Shown: positions 8,798 to 17,625 of the stretch, one piece after another | Layout of the letters: each line of letters opens with the position of its first letter | Position numbering within the stretch: the stretch's first letter is position 1 | From: a virus | Taxonomy: Duplodnaviria > Caudoviricetes | Virus record (IMG/VR): IMGVR_UViG_3300047477_000152 | Coordinates: 1-34,612 of that record | DNA: 34,612 nt | Strand: one strand, 5' to 3' | Made by a program: the position numbers and the translations under genes | The notes under the pieces: generated by a model | Database searches by the model: none | Told to the model about the DNA's origin: nothing | What the model saw: only the letters and a program-made list of their open reading frames with translations

Positions 8798-11700
8798 ATG
8801 CCCTTATACGACGTGCTCCAGAACAACCCAAACGCATTCAAGACTACCCCGAGCACCTACGACAGGCTGCAGGCCCAACCGCGCCCTGAGCCGATGACAG
8901 GGCTTGAGCAGGAGAAGCTCTTCGGCAATCCGTTGTCTCGCGGCCTCGGTCAAGCTGCACGTGGGATGAAGGGTTCGGTCAAGGCGTATGTGGCGTCAGC
9001 GCTCGACGCCATGGGCGCTGGCGAGACCGCTCAAGGGTGGTGGGATGGGGCCCAGCAGGATGCTGAACGTGCTGCGTTCGTCGCACCAGAGGTGCAGAGT
9101 ATTCGCCAGGTCAATGATGTGGATACAGCCGGGCAATACGCGCTCGGGGCGATAGGCAAAGGGCTTGCGTTTATCCCTGCCACGATGGCCGCTGCTGCTG
9201 CCGGTAGAGCGGGCTTGGGTCGGGCGATTGGCCCCACGGCGGGCGCGCACGTCGGCGGCGCGGCGCTCATGCTGCCCGCTGAGGGGGGCGAGGTGGCTCA
9301 GCAACTGCGCACAGATCCAGCTGCAGCTGGGATGAGCGCGGCGGAGAAGTTCGCACGCGCCACTGGTGTGGGTGCGATCAACGCAGGACTTGAGGTGCTG
9401 CCCGAGGCGGGCATGGTTAACCGCTTGACAGGCCGAGTGCCGGTAACGTCGCTCAGGCAGGCAGCGAAAGGTGCGGCAAAGGAATTCAGCCAGAATGTAG
9501 GCAAGGAGGTCCTTACCGAGACTGCGCAAGATGCTGTGGGCCAGTTGCATAACATTCAGTATGACGGAAGCAAGGCGTTCGACGCAGTTCAGTCAGTGGA
9601 CGCGGCTCTGCAAGGGGGCATCGGCGCAGGCCCGGTTGCGGCGATACACGCGCCCGTGGCTCAGGGCCTGGATCTACTGGCCGGCACAGGTAAGCTCGGT
9701 TCTGACGCAGTGCAGGCTGGTGGTAAGAAGATCAGTGACACCGCCATGAGCGCTCCCTCAACGGGTCTAGGTGACGCGTGGCACAGCTACCGTGAGCACC
9801 CGGAGCTGGCGCAGTTGATGAGCGAGCAAACGCTCCCGCCTGAGTTGGCTAAAGGCTCCGACCAAGACGTTCTGAACTGGGCCGCTGGTGACGACAACAA
9901 GCGCCGGGACGCGGCGCTGGTCATTGCCCAGCGCACGCTCACGAACCCTGCCGCCAGTGAGCAGGCCAAGGCTGAAGCACAGGGCTTGCTGAACAACCCA
10001 GGCGACCCGGAAGCATGGCGTCCGTTTGCCGGCGCTCTGGTGCTGCAGGAGAAGTCTCGCCGTGTAGGCGCGAACATCCGCGAAGCAGCGGAACAACTGG
10101 GTGCGAAGATCCCCAGCATACCCGAGGGGCTTGACGCTGAGACTGTGGCGAACAAGGCCGGTCTTGGTGTGCGAGCTGCCGCGCAGACGGTGAAGGCGGC
10201 TGCTGACGGCTTGAGCAAGAAGAACCTCGAACCCACTATCCAAGATCTGAATTATGCCCAGCTCATGGCACCGCGCATGGAGAAGGCCTTCGGTGGCCAG
10301 CTCAGCCCGGACGTGAGCACGGCGGCAGCCTCTGTGCTGAAGGATTATGTGCTCGGCGGCTTTGGTGTGGACGAACACGGTAACGTGACCGTGCCGCACG
10401 GTCTCACGGCAGCATTCGGCGCAGAGACCCCGGCAGTGGTCGAGCATGCGTTTGACCTGCTGCGCAGACAAGGGCGTGTTGACGAAGCTCTGGCGGCAAA
10501 GCTCGCTGACGTGAAGACGGCGGTGGAAGAGCGCTTGCCTAAGTACAAGCGGGCGACACAGGTGGTGTGGGACAACCTCGTGCCTGAGCAGATGGAAGCT
10601 GTGCCGTCAGAGGACTACCCCCACATTGCAGACAGCGTGCGGCGGTATCTGGACTCTGGCAAGAAAGACCCTGCCGCTGAGAAATATCTCGACACCCTGT
10701 TCGGGCCGAACAAGTCCAAGGTGCTGGAGCAGATCGACCTTTTGCACGAACGCGGGCAGCTCAAGGCGAAGCACTATGGTGAGGGGGTTGATGAGGCTGG
10801 CGTTCAAGAGAGCGACAACGCGGTTGAAGAAGATCACGACGCGCCTATTGGGGAGCGCGGGCCGAGCTACGACTATCACTTCGGAAGCAAGGCGGGCATG
10901 CCCTTTGACATGGAGCAGGGGCATACCCCTGAGCACATGATGCGGGTGTCTTCAGGGCTCGACGCGAGCCGCTACGCAACGCGCTATGACAAGAGCACAG
11001 GGAAAGACTATGTGCATGCTGAGCCTGTCGGCATTGTTGACTATGCGCGCCAGACCGGAGACGGCGCCGCACTGCAGAAGCTCTACAAAGAGCACGCGGC
11101 CGAGCGCGACCAGATCGGCGATGACGCACTGGACCGCAAACTGAACAGCCGGTACAAGGTTCTGCGTGCTCAGGAACTCATGGACGACGGGCATGATCAA
11201 GTTGACATTCGAGCTTCAGAACTAAAACGTCCTGCAACTATCAAGGGTGAGCCGAACAAGCGCGCGTGGTCAGATGTCACGGCAATTGGCACCAAGGATG
11301 TTTCGACCATCGAACATGGCCGTGTGTTCTTGAAGCAGAAGGATGGTGGCGAGTTCGTCACCTCCGCGCAGAAGCTCATCAGCAAGATGTGGGAGGCTAA
11401 ACAACGAGGTGCGTTCCAGGGCAGCACGGCGGAGCAGGCTGGAGGCAAAGACATGCTGAACATGTTCTCTGCCGGTCTTGCGTCGCTTCTCGCAACTGGG
11501 CAGTTCGAAGGCATGGACGTTCGTATGCCTGACGGCTCCATGCAGATCGCTGACAAGATCGACGACTTGCCCAAGAACTTCGTGTTGTTCACGAAGCCGG
11601 GTGGCGAGAAGGTTCGTATCTCGGATGTCATCAAGGCGACAAGCAAGGAGATCAACGAAGCACGTGCCGAAGAAAACCGCCTTGCTCGTGACCAGAAGAC

Positions 11701-14700
11701 CGGCGAACACTTCATCTACAGCACAGAGAAAGCAGCGCAAGCGCGAGCCAAAGAACTTGGTGACAAGACCTTTGCCGCCCCTTATCAGGATCGCTTCGCT
11801 GTGTTCGAGAAGGCCGGCGCTGAGATCCCGTCCGACAAGGTGCGCAAGACTGCGGGCGGGCAAGGCCACACCATCACTGAGACAGAAGAAATGGCCTCCC
11901 AGGCGGAAGCCAAGCTGGACAAGACCGAGCGCACTTTCGACGAGCTGACGGGCATTGAGCTACACCCGAAGGAAGGGCGGCTGGATCAACGCAAAGGGCG
12001 CATTGAACAACTGCGCCGTGATTACAAACAGGCGAACGAGCGGCTCAAAGAGTTGGTTGCGAAGCGCGAAGGGCAGGGCGGGAGCATTCAGAACCTGGAG
12101 AAGTTCCGCCCCAACGACGTGGTTTGGGCGGCGGTTACTCCGCGTGAAGAAACTGAAGACGGTCATGCCGTGGCTGTGTTCAAGGATTTTGGTCAGGCCC
12201 AGCGCTATGCTGAGCAGCGTGGTTTGAACACAGTGCAGGATCTGGCGATGAACCTGACGCCCCCGCCTGCACGAAAGAACGTGCCGCTTGAGCGCTCTAT
12301 CGCCGCGGCTCAACAGAAGCGCGACGCGTTGGTGGAAGAAGGCAAGCGCATCTCCGCTGAGTACAAGGCTGCTGCAGACAAGGCTGAGCCCAAGCGCAAG
12401 TACAACAGCGAGCCAGCGCGCAAGAGCGTCATGGACAACCCCCGCTTCGCCGCATGGTTTGGCGACAGCAAGATGAAGACCAAGGACGGTCAGCCAGCTG
12501 TGTTCTATCACAGCACCGACAACACGTTTGATGAGTTCGACACGCGCATGGCGGGGCGGAATACGGACCACGCCAGCACGGGCCTGGGGGTCTTCCTTAG
12601 CCCGAGCAAAGAGCGCAGCAAGGTGTATGGGCAGCATTCCATGGCGCTGTATGTGCGGATGGAAAAACCCTACAAGATGAGTGTTGAAGAGTTCAGCGGG
12701 TTCAAGGATCAGGCATCTGCAGCAGCGCGGCAAGCTGAGCTTCGTGCTCAGGGTTATGACGGCGTCTTCGTACCTGCGGACAAGACCACCATCGTGTTCG
12801 ATCCGACACAGCTCAAGTCCATCGACAACAACGGCAACTTCGGCATCTTCGACGCGAACATCAAGCGCAGTGTTGTCCCCGGTGACGCTACTGCGAGCTT
12901 CGCCACGCCTGAGCAAATCAAGGAGGCACAGGACTACGTGATCAAGACCCTCGGCCCGCAGATGCAGACTGAGTGGGTGAAGTCTTTCCCACACGGAGGT
13001 TCTGGTGAGTGGCAGCAAGGCATCATCCGCTTAGCCACCTCAGCCCTGAACCCGCTCTCCGTGGCGCACCACGAGAGCATGCACGAGCTGTTCAGCAGGT
13101 TGACTGCCGCTAAGCGCGACAAGGTCGCGCAGACTCTGCTCCAGGCTGCGAACAGCCCGCTGACTGTGCGGCGTCTTGAGCGGTTCTTCGCTGACGAGAA
13201 GTACGCCGCTGTGCGCGAGGCGATCAAGACTGACCCGGAAGAGCGGCTGGCATACATGTACCAACTGTGGGCTTCTGGCAAGATGAAGTTCGGCCCGGAG
13301 ACACAGACTGTGTTCCAGAAGGTCGCAGACTTCGTGCGCAAGATCACCGGCATGCTCACGAACGACCAGCGTGCAGAAATGATCATGCAAGCGTTCCATG
13401 AAGGCAAGATGGCTGAGCCAAACGCCATGGCGGAAACGCTCAACGATATTGACAGCCGTGGTCAGACGTTGCGCAGCATAGGTAAAAGAATGCAGCCCGC
13501 TGCGCGCAAGGCGCTTGAACTTGTAGCCACAGCCGAGAGCAACCTGGCCGCAAGCAGTAACCCCGCAGTGCGAGAAATACAGACGCTGTTCAGCAACAGC
13601 ACGGGGAGCACCGACAAGGGGCAGGGGTTCCTGCAAGCGCAGGTGCAAGCGAACAACCAATGGCTCAACAAGATGGGCACTGCGCTGCATGCGTCTGACG
13701 CAGTTGAAAAGGCTGACATCGCCGCGGCGCTTGAAGGGCTGCAGAAAGGTGAAAGCTCTACCGACCCTGTGATTGGCAAGATCCAGGCTGGCGTACGCAA
13801 GGTGCTTGATGACATGCACGAATATCTGCGTGAGGCTGACGTGCGTAGATTCGACAGTGAGAGCAAGCAGTGGGCGCCCATCGAGAAGGTACGTGACTAC
13901 TTCCCACGCAGCTGGGACACGTCGAAGCTGATGGCTGATGGCGACAAGTTTGTCGCGGCTCTGATCGAGCACCACAGTGACGCGCTGGTAGCCATCGCTA
14001 CCCAGGCGAACAAGGAGCGCGCTGCAGACGGTGACGCCGGCAAGTACACGGCCAGCTGGGAGAAAGCACAGAAGAACGACACCTCGGCGGTGACGCCGGA
14101 AGACGTGGCGCGGGCAATCCACCAGCGCCTGCTGAACAGCGACGGTCAGGCAGAGCTTGGTGAGCAGACCAATGCCCTTGGCTACACGCCAATGATGAAG
14201 GCGGTTAACCAGCGGACGTTGAACTGGATCGACATGAAGCACTTCTCCGACTTCCAGCGCAAGGATATGGTGCAGACGCTCACCACCTACGTGAACCAAG
14301 CTACGAAGCGTGCCGAGTACGCCCGCCTGTTTGGCGGAGACGGGGCCAAGCTCGAAGCGAAGATGACTGAGGCTTGGCACCACGAGATCGACAATCTGGC
14401 CAGGGAACAGTACGGTGTTGACAATGCCAGCGCGAAGGCTGCGCAAGCCGCTCGCTCACCTGATGAGTGGGAGAATCACCTGCATGACGTGCTGAAGGTC
14501 AGCAAGGCGGAGGCGCAGAAGCTGATCCAGTCTGGCCTGCAAAACCTCGAACCTGTACGCCGCGCTGTCATGGCCATGGAAGGCACACTGGGTCATGACA
14601 TCTCCCCGCTGCTCCGCAAGGTGAGCGCCTACAGCATCGTGTACCAGAACACCCGGCTCCTGGCGTACGCCATGTTCTCGAACCTCATTGACCCGCTTGG

Positions 14701-15667
14701 AATCATCGTGCGTGGCGGCGAGCTGAAAGACGCCTACAGCGCATTCAAGCGTGGCATGACAAGCGTGGTGCGCGAGTGGGGCGACATGACTGGTTTGCGT
14801 GAAGCGAAAGACGGCGACGTGGACGAGGCCACCCGCATAGCTGAGATGATTGGCACGGTGGATTGCGCCGGTTTCATGAGCACCATGGGTAACATGTACG
14901 GCTCGCAGTTCTTGCCGCAGTGGGCACGGAACTGGAACGACAACTTCTTCCGCTGGAACGGCATGGAGGCGTTCAACAAGGCCATGCGCGTACAGGCTAC
15001 CCAGGCTGCCATCGGCTTCATCAAGCGTCACGGCGGCGAGAAGACCAACGAGCACAGCGGGCGCTACCTGCGTGAGCTTGGCCTGACCGCTGAGGATGTG
15101 AAGGTGGGCGCGGACGGCAGGCTCAACGTGGAAGATCCGAAGATCCAGAAGGCAGTCATGCGTTGGGTGGATGGAGCAATCCTGCGCCCGAACGCCGCGC
15201 TGAGACCCACGTGGATGTCAGATCCTCACTACGCAGTGTTCGGCCACCTCAAGCAGTTTATGTACGCCACCCACGAAGTGCTGCTCAAGCGCATCGTGCA
15301 CGAGGTGAAGAACGGCAACACTGACCCAATGATGACGTTTCTGGCCGGGTACATCCCAGTCATGCTGGTGGCAGACTCAGCCAAGGGCATCCTTCAAGAG
15401 ATAGTCGGGGGCGGAACCCCGACGTGGCAGCACGACAGCGTCGGGGGGATCGTTGCGCACGGCGTTGAGAGAGCCGGTGGCCTGGGTGTTGCCCAAATGG
15501 GTGTGGACACTGTGAAGTACGGCCCCACCAGTTTGCTCGGACCGCAGGTTGAGCAAATCATGAGCGCGTTCAGCAATCCAGTGAACGAGTCCATCAAAGA
15601 AGCCGCGGGGGTTGGCCCCCTCAGCATCATGATGAAGGGCGCCAAGATGACGAACGTAGTGGACTGA
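8798..15667 (+). CDS. Large polyvalent internal virion/ejection protein with ART-like and HExxH metallopeptidase-like domains
   Basis: 2289 aa with a G/A-rich N-terminus. F..WFGDSK..DG.P.VFYH.T...FDEFD..G.FLS...YG..Y....P...GYDG.....IVF.PTQ.KS..N.GNF at ~12428-12870; HESMH at 13070-13084 followed by EERLA. C-terminal YFPR.W and F..LKQFMY motifs typical of large ejection proteins. Confidence 0.8.
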   Translation: MPLYDVLQNNPNAFKTTPSTYDRLQAQPRPEPMTGLEQEKLFGNPLSRGLGQAARGMKGSVKAYVASALDAMGAGETAQGWWDGAQQDAERAAFVAPEVQSIRQVNDVDTAGQYALGAIGKGLAFIPATMAAAAAGRAGLGRAIGPTAGAHVGGAALMLPAEGGEVAQQLRTDPAAAGMSAAEKFARATGVGAINAGLEVLPEAGMVNRLTGRVPVTSLRQAAKGAAKEFSQNVGKEVLTETAQDAVGQLHNIQYDGSKAFDAVQSVDAALQGGIGAGPVAAIHAPVAQGLDLLAGTGKLGSDAVQAGGKKISDTAMSAPSTGLGDAWHSYREHPELAQLMSEQTLPPELAKGSDQDVLNWAAGDDNKRRDAALVIAQRTLTNPAASEQAKAEAQGLLNNPGDPEAWRPFAGALVLQEKSRRVGANIREAAEQLGAKIPSIPEGLDAETVANKAGLGVRAAAQTVKAAADGLSKKNLEPTIQDLNYAQLMAPRMEKAFGGQLSPDVSTAAASVLKDYVLGGFGVDEHGNVTVPHGLTAAFGAETPAVVEHAFDLLRRQGRVDEALAAKLADVKTAVEERLPKYKRATQVVWDNLVPEQMEAVPSEDYPHIADSVRRYLDSGKKDPAAEKYLDTLFGPNKSKVLEQIDLLHERGQLKAKHYGEGVDEAGVQESDNAVEEDHDAPIGERGPSYDYHFGSKAGMPFDMEQGHTPEHMMRVSSGLDASRYATRYDKSTGKDYVHAEPVGIVDYARQTGDGAALQKLYKEHAAERDQIGDDALDRKLNSRYKVLRAQELMDDGHDQVDIRASELKRPATIKGEPNKRAWSDVTAIGTKDVSTIEHGRVFLKQKDGGEFVTSAQKLISKMWEAKQRGAFQGSTAEQAGGKDMLNMFSAGLASLLATGQFEGMDVRMPDGSMQIADKIDDLPKNFVLFTKPGGEKVRISDVIKATSKEINEARAEENRLARDQKTGEHFIYSTEKAAQARAKELGDKTFAAPYQDRFAVFEKAGAEIPSDKVRKTAGGQGHTITETEEMASQAEAKLDKTERTFDELTGIELHPKEGRLDQRKGRIEQLRRDYKQANERLKELVAKREGQGGSIQNLEKFRPNDVVWAAVTPREETEDGHAVAVFKDFGQAQRYAEQRGLNTVQDLAMNLTPPPARKNVPLERSIAAAQQKRDALVEEGKRISAEYKAAADKAEPKRKYNSEPARKSVMDNPRFAAWFGDSKMKTKDGQPAVFYHSTDNTFDEFDTRMAGRNTDHASTGLGVFLSPSKERSKVYGQHSMALYVRMEKPYKMSVEEFSGFKDQASAAARQAELRAQGYDGVFVPADKTTIVFDPTQLKSIDNNGNFGIFDANIKRSVVPGDATASFATPEQIKEAQDYVIKTLGPQMQTEWVKSFPHGGSGEWQQGIIRLATSALNPLSVAHHESMHELFSRLTAAKRDKVAQTLLQAANSPLTVRRLERFFADEKYAAVREAIKTDPEERLAYMYQLWASGKMKFGPETQTVFQKVADFVRKITGMLTNDQRAEMIMQAFHEGKMAEPNAMAETLNDIDSRGQTLRSIGKRMQPAARKALELVATAESNLAASSNPAVREIQTLFSNSTGSTDKGQGFLQAQVQANNQWLNKMGTALHASDAVEKADIAAALEGLQKGESSTDPVIGKIQAGVRKVLDDMHEYLREADVRRFDSESKQWAPIEKVRDYFPRSWDTSKLMADGDKFVAALIEHHSDALVAIATQANKERAADGDAGKYTASWEKAQKNDTSAVTPEDVARAIHQRLLNSDGQAELGEQTNALGYTPMMKAVNQRTLNWIDMKHFSDFQRKDMVQTLTTYVNQATKRAEYARLFGGDGAKLEAKMTEAWHHEIDNLAREQYGVDNASAKAAQAARSPDEWENHLHDVLKVSKAEAQKLIQSGLQNLEPVRRAVMAMEGTLGHDISPLLRKVSAYSIVYQNTRLLAYAMFSNLIDPLGIIVRGGELKDAYSAFKRGMTSVVREWGDMTGLREAKDGDVDEATRIAEMIGTVDCAGFMSTMGNMYGSQFLPQWARNWNDNFFRWNGMEAFNKAMRVQATQAAIGFIKRHGGEKTNEHSGRYLRELGLTAEDVKVGADGRLNVEDPKIQKAVMRWVDGAILRPNAALRPTWMSDPHYAVFGHLKQFMYATHEVLLKRIVHEVKNGNTDPMMTFLAGYIPVMLVADSAKGILQEIVGGGTPTWQHDSVGGIVAHGVERAGGLGVAQMGVDTVKYGPTSLLGPQVEQIMSAFSNPVNESIKEAAGVGPLSIMMKGAKMTNVVD

Positions 15668-15685
15668 GTGCGCTATGATTGAGGG

Positions 15686-16534
15686 ATGAAGAATAAAGGC
15701 TTCACCCTCGTAGAAATGGCGGTGGTATTGGTGATCATGAGCGCGGTCTCCGGCCTGCTGCTGTCCGGACTCAACGTGTTCATGACGCACACTCGAAGCG
15801 CCACCACACACGCCAGGCAGGCGGCTATCAAGAGTGCGTTGATAGCCTACCTCCGGGACAACAAACACCTGCCTTGTCCTGCGACCAAAGCTGACGGCGC
15901 GGCAGGCGACTGCACATCTCTGTCCGGTACGCTCCCATATCGCGAGCTTTCCATCCCCCAAGACGAAGCGCTTGACGCGTGGGGGAATCACTTCACCTTC
16001 GTTGTCACTAAAGACTGGACAGTCGCCGACACGTTCATCAAAGCACCGGATAAAACCAAGTTGGTTCAACTGGGCGACGAGCGCGCGGCAGTCGTCTTGA
16101 TCTCCCATGGTGACAATGGGGACGGGGCGATAAACGCACAGTACCAGCCCAACACGGCCCCGCCCGAGAGTAAGGTTGAAGAAACAGCCAACGCTGAGGG
16201 TTGCTCCCCGCGCTGTTACAGAGAGTCGGTCGCCGATGGCTTTGACGACAGGCTTGCCGTCTTCAGCCCGCAAGAGCTGCTTGAGCCCTTGCTTCAGCAA
16301 GGCTGGACGACAAAGAGCGATGCAGCGTGCGAGAGCTTTATCAACTCGATCATCCTCTCCAGCAAAGCAGGGCCGGCGCTCGGCAGCGTGCAGCTGACAA
16401 TTGACAAGGGAGCGCTTGTTGTCGGATCAACTGAGGAATGCGTGCTTCTGCCGGTGACGCCCCCTAAAGACTGCTCTGCCCCAATGGAGAGGGTGTGCTT
16501 GGTCTTGACTAAAAACGGAGTGTTCGCCAAATGA
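15686..16534 (+). CDS. Prepilin/pseudopilin-like protein (class III signal peptide)
   Basis: MKNKG|FTLVEMAVVLVIMSAV: G-1, F+1, E+5 and a hydrophobic helix. The LPCPA, GTLPY..L, DAWGN.F and LISHG.NG.G motifs match T2SS/MSHA-type minor pilins. Confidence 0.9.
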   Translation: MKNKGFTLVEMAVVLVIMSAVSGLLLSGLNVFMTHTRSATTHARQAAIKSALIAYLRDNKHLPCPATKADGAAGDCTSLSGTLPYRELSIPQDEALDAWGNHFTFVVTKDWTVADTFIKAPDKTKLVQLGDERAAVVLISHGDNGDGAINAQYQPNTAPPESKVEETANAEGCSPRCYRESVADGFDDRLAVFSPQELLEPLLQQGWTTKSDAACESFINSIILSSKAGPALGSVQLTIDKGALVVGSTEECVLLPVTPPKDCSAPMERVCLVLTKNGVFAK

Positions 16535-16731
16535 CCTTCGCTCAACGTGTAAAAGTCGCAGCAATGATCACTCCGGCGTTGATGCTGACGTTCTTCGGCC
16601 TGTTCGTCTGCTCACCGCTACCTAAGTCAGTGAACCTGTATCTTGGTTTCGCCCTCAGCCTGCTTGCCGCGTACAGCTGCGCACACTGCATTGTGATCGC
16701 AGCCTGCATGTGGCGTGATGCGAACAAATGA
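16531..16731 (+). CDS. Small two-TM membrane protein
   Basis: 66 aa, two hydrophobic segments; ATGA overlaps with both prepilin genes. Confidence 0.7.
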   Translation: MTFAQRVKVAAMITPALMLTFFGLFVCSPLPKSVNLYLGFALSLLAAYSCAHCIVIAACMWRDANK

Positions 16732-17294
16732 ATCAGCGGGGATTCACCCTCGTTGAGCTGGCGTTCGTAATTTTGGTCATCGGCGCACTCACAGCGGGCG
16801 TGCTTGTTGGTGGCAAACACCTCGTGCGTCAAGCGGATAAGAAAGCCTTTGCTGCCAAAGTTCAGAGCTTGGTGGCGGCGACATCGGAATTCCGAGATCG
16901 TTATCGCATGTACCCAGGCGACTTCATTGTGAACGAGACCGTGCCTGAAATCCCAAGGCTCAGTAAGCGCTGCCTGTCTGTCGGCCGAGGTAACGGCAAT
17001 GGGCTTATTGACGCGAACGAATCCACGTGTGCGAGGGAGCAACTCCTTGGCGCCGGGGTGCTTGAGGCCGCTGCGTTCGAGTTCAAGTTCCCGCAAGTCT
17101 CGCTCAGTTTTCTCTCCGTTCAAACAGCTGGTGTGCCCGTTGGCACGCTAAAAGCGAACGTGAGGAACGTGGTGGTGTTCCAGAACCTGCCGTGCTACCT
17201 GACCCAGGCTGTGCCGAGCGGGGCGGTGATCACAGGGGTATGTTCGGTTGATGACGAAGACGTGGAAGTCCAGTTTGCAGTAGCCGCACAGTGA
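16728..17294 (+). CDS. Prepilin/pseudopilin-like protein (class III signal peptide)
   Basis: MNQRG|FTLVELAFVILVIGALTAGVLVG, then F.DRY..YPGD and GNGNG.ID motifs; four Cys. Confidence 0.9.
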   Translation: MNQRGFTLVELAFVILVIGALTAGVLVGGKHLVRQADKKAFAAKVQSLVAATSEFRDRYRMYPGDFIVNETVPEIPRLSKRCLSVGRGNGNGLIDANESTCAREQLLGAGVLEAAAFEFKFPQVSLSFLSVQTAGVPVGTLKANVRNVVVFQNLPCYLTQAVPSGAVITGVCSVDDEDVEVQFAVAAQ

Positions 17295-17385
17295 TGGGCT
17301 CTTCGCACGGCGGAGCCGTAATATATTGGACAAACTCGATTATATTGGACTGACAGAGGGTGTCAGATGCCCCGAAAGCCGCATG

Positions 17386-17408
17386 AATAAAGGCTCCCGC
17401 AGGAGCCT
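17386..17408 (-). terminator. Putative intrinsic terminator downstream of the tRNA half
   Basis: Minus strand AGGCTCC-TGCG-GGAGCCT followed by TTATT. Confidence 0.55.
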
Positions 17409-17423
17409 GAATTTTCGGTAATG

Positions 17424-17464
17424 GGATTAACAGTCCGGCGCTCTACCGACTGAGCTATCGAGGA
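17424..17464 (-). tRNA. 5' half of tRNA-Asn(GTT); truncated, probable att core
   Basis: Minus strand TCCTCGATAGCTCAGTCGGTAGAGCGCCGGACTGTTAATCC gives the acceptor 5' strand, D arm (GCTC/GAGC) and anticodon loop CTGTTAA. It then diverges, with no T arm (GTTCGA) or 3' acceptor strand. Confidence 0.9.
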
Positions 17465-17487
17465 AAATCAACAACGTAGCTTCAACT

Positions 17488-17564
17488 AGCTGTCCAATAT
17501 ATCGTCTCTCTGACGGTATCTGAGTGACGTTTTGACGCCCTCTCTGAAAATATATTGGACAGCT
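17488..17564. repeat. 15-bp perfect inverted repeat AGCTGTCCAATATAT/ATATATTGGACAGCT
   Basis: Arms at 17488-17502 and 17550-17564, extendable with 2 mismatches to 17481/17571. Confidence 0.9.
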
Positions 17565-17583
17565 CGTTGCAGCGAGGAAGCGA

Positions 17584-17612
17584 ATTCTAGGTGGTGATCT
17601 CCGGGCTGTCAA
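17584..17612 (-). promoter_or_regulatory. Near-consensus sigma70 promoter pointing at the tRNA half
   Basis: Minus strand TTGACA (17612-17607), 17-bp spacer, TAGAAT (17589-17584). Upstream sequence is AT-rich. Confidence 0.85.
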
Positions 17613-17625
17613 CCTTGGTCTTTAC

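Larger units (their letters stand above)
17322..17564. mobile_element. attP: Putative attP: tRNA-Asn core flanked by arm-type sites
   Basis: TATATTGGAC at 17322-17331, 17341-17350 and 17551-17560, and inverted at 17492-17501, surrounding the tRNA fragment. IHF-like AATCAAcaacGTA at 17466-17478. Phage genes lie on both sides. Confidence 0.8.

Noticed and set aside
11960-16300. Long antisense ORFs (352, 468, 199 and 307 aa)
   Set aside because: They are opposite-strand shadows of GC-rich coding sequence, with no motifs or RBS; the + strand genes have recognisable domains.
17297-17330. Terminator after the second prepilin gene
   Set aside because: The GGCTC/GAGCC stem is short with a large loop and lacks a true U tract; too weak to call.
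17380-17464. Complete or intron-split tRNA-Asn gene
   Set aside because: No T arm or 3' acceptor strand follows, and I saw no matching 3' half elsewhere in the window.
15686-17464. Prophage boundary (attL/attR) with the pilin genes as host DNA
   Set aside because: Virion genes abut the cassette on the left (18-bp gap), arm-like sites flank both sides of the core, and no other host secretion genes are present. An intact attP is more parsimonious.
17322-17564. CRISPR-like mini-array from the TATATTGGAC repeats
   Set aside because: The repeats are only 10 bp, irregularly spaced and in mixed orientation, with no cas genes; they fit integrase arm sites.
17427-17612. 61-aa minus-strand ORF ending FLDSSVGRAPDC
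   Set aside because: It is the translation shadow of the promoter, leader and tRNA half; its TTG start is the -35 box.
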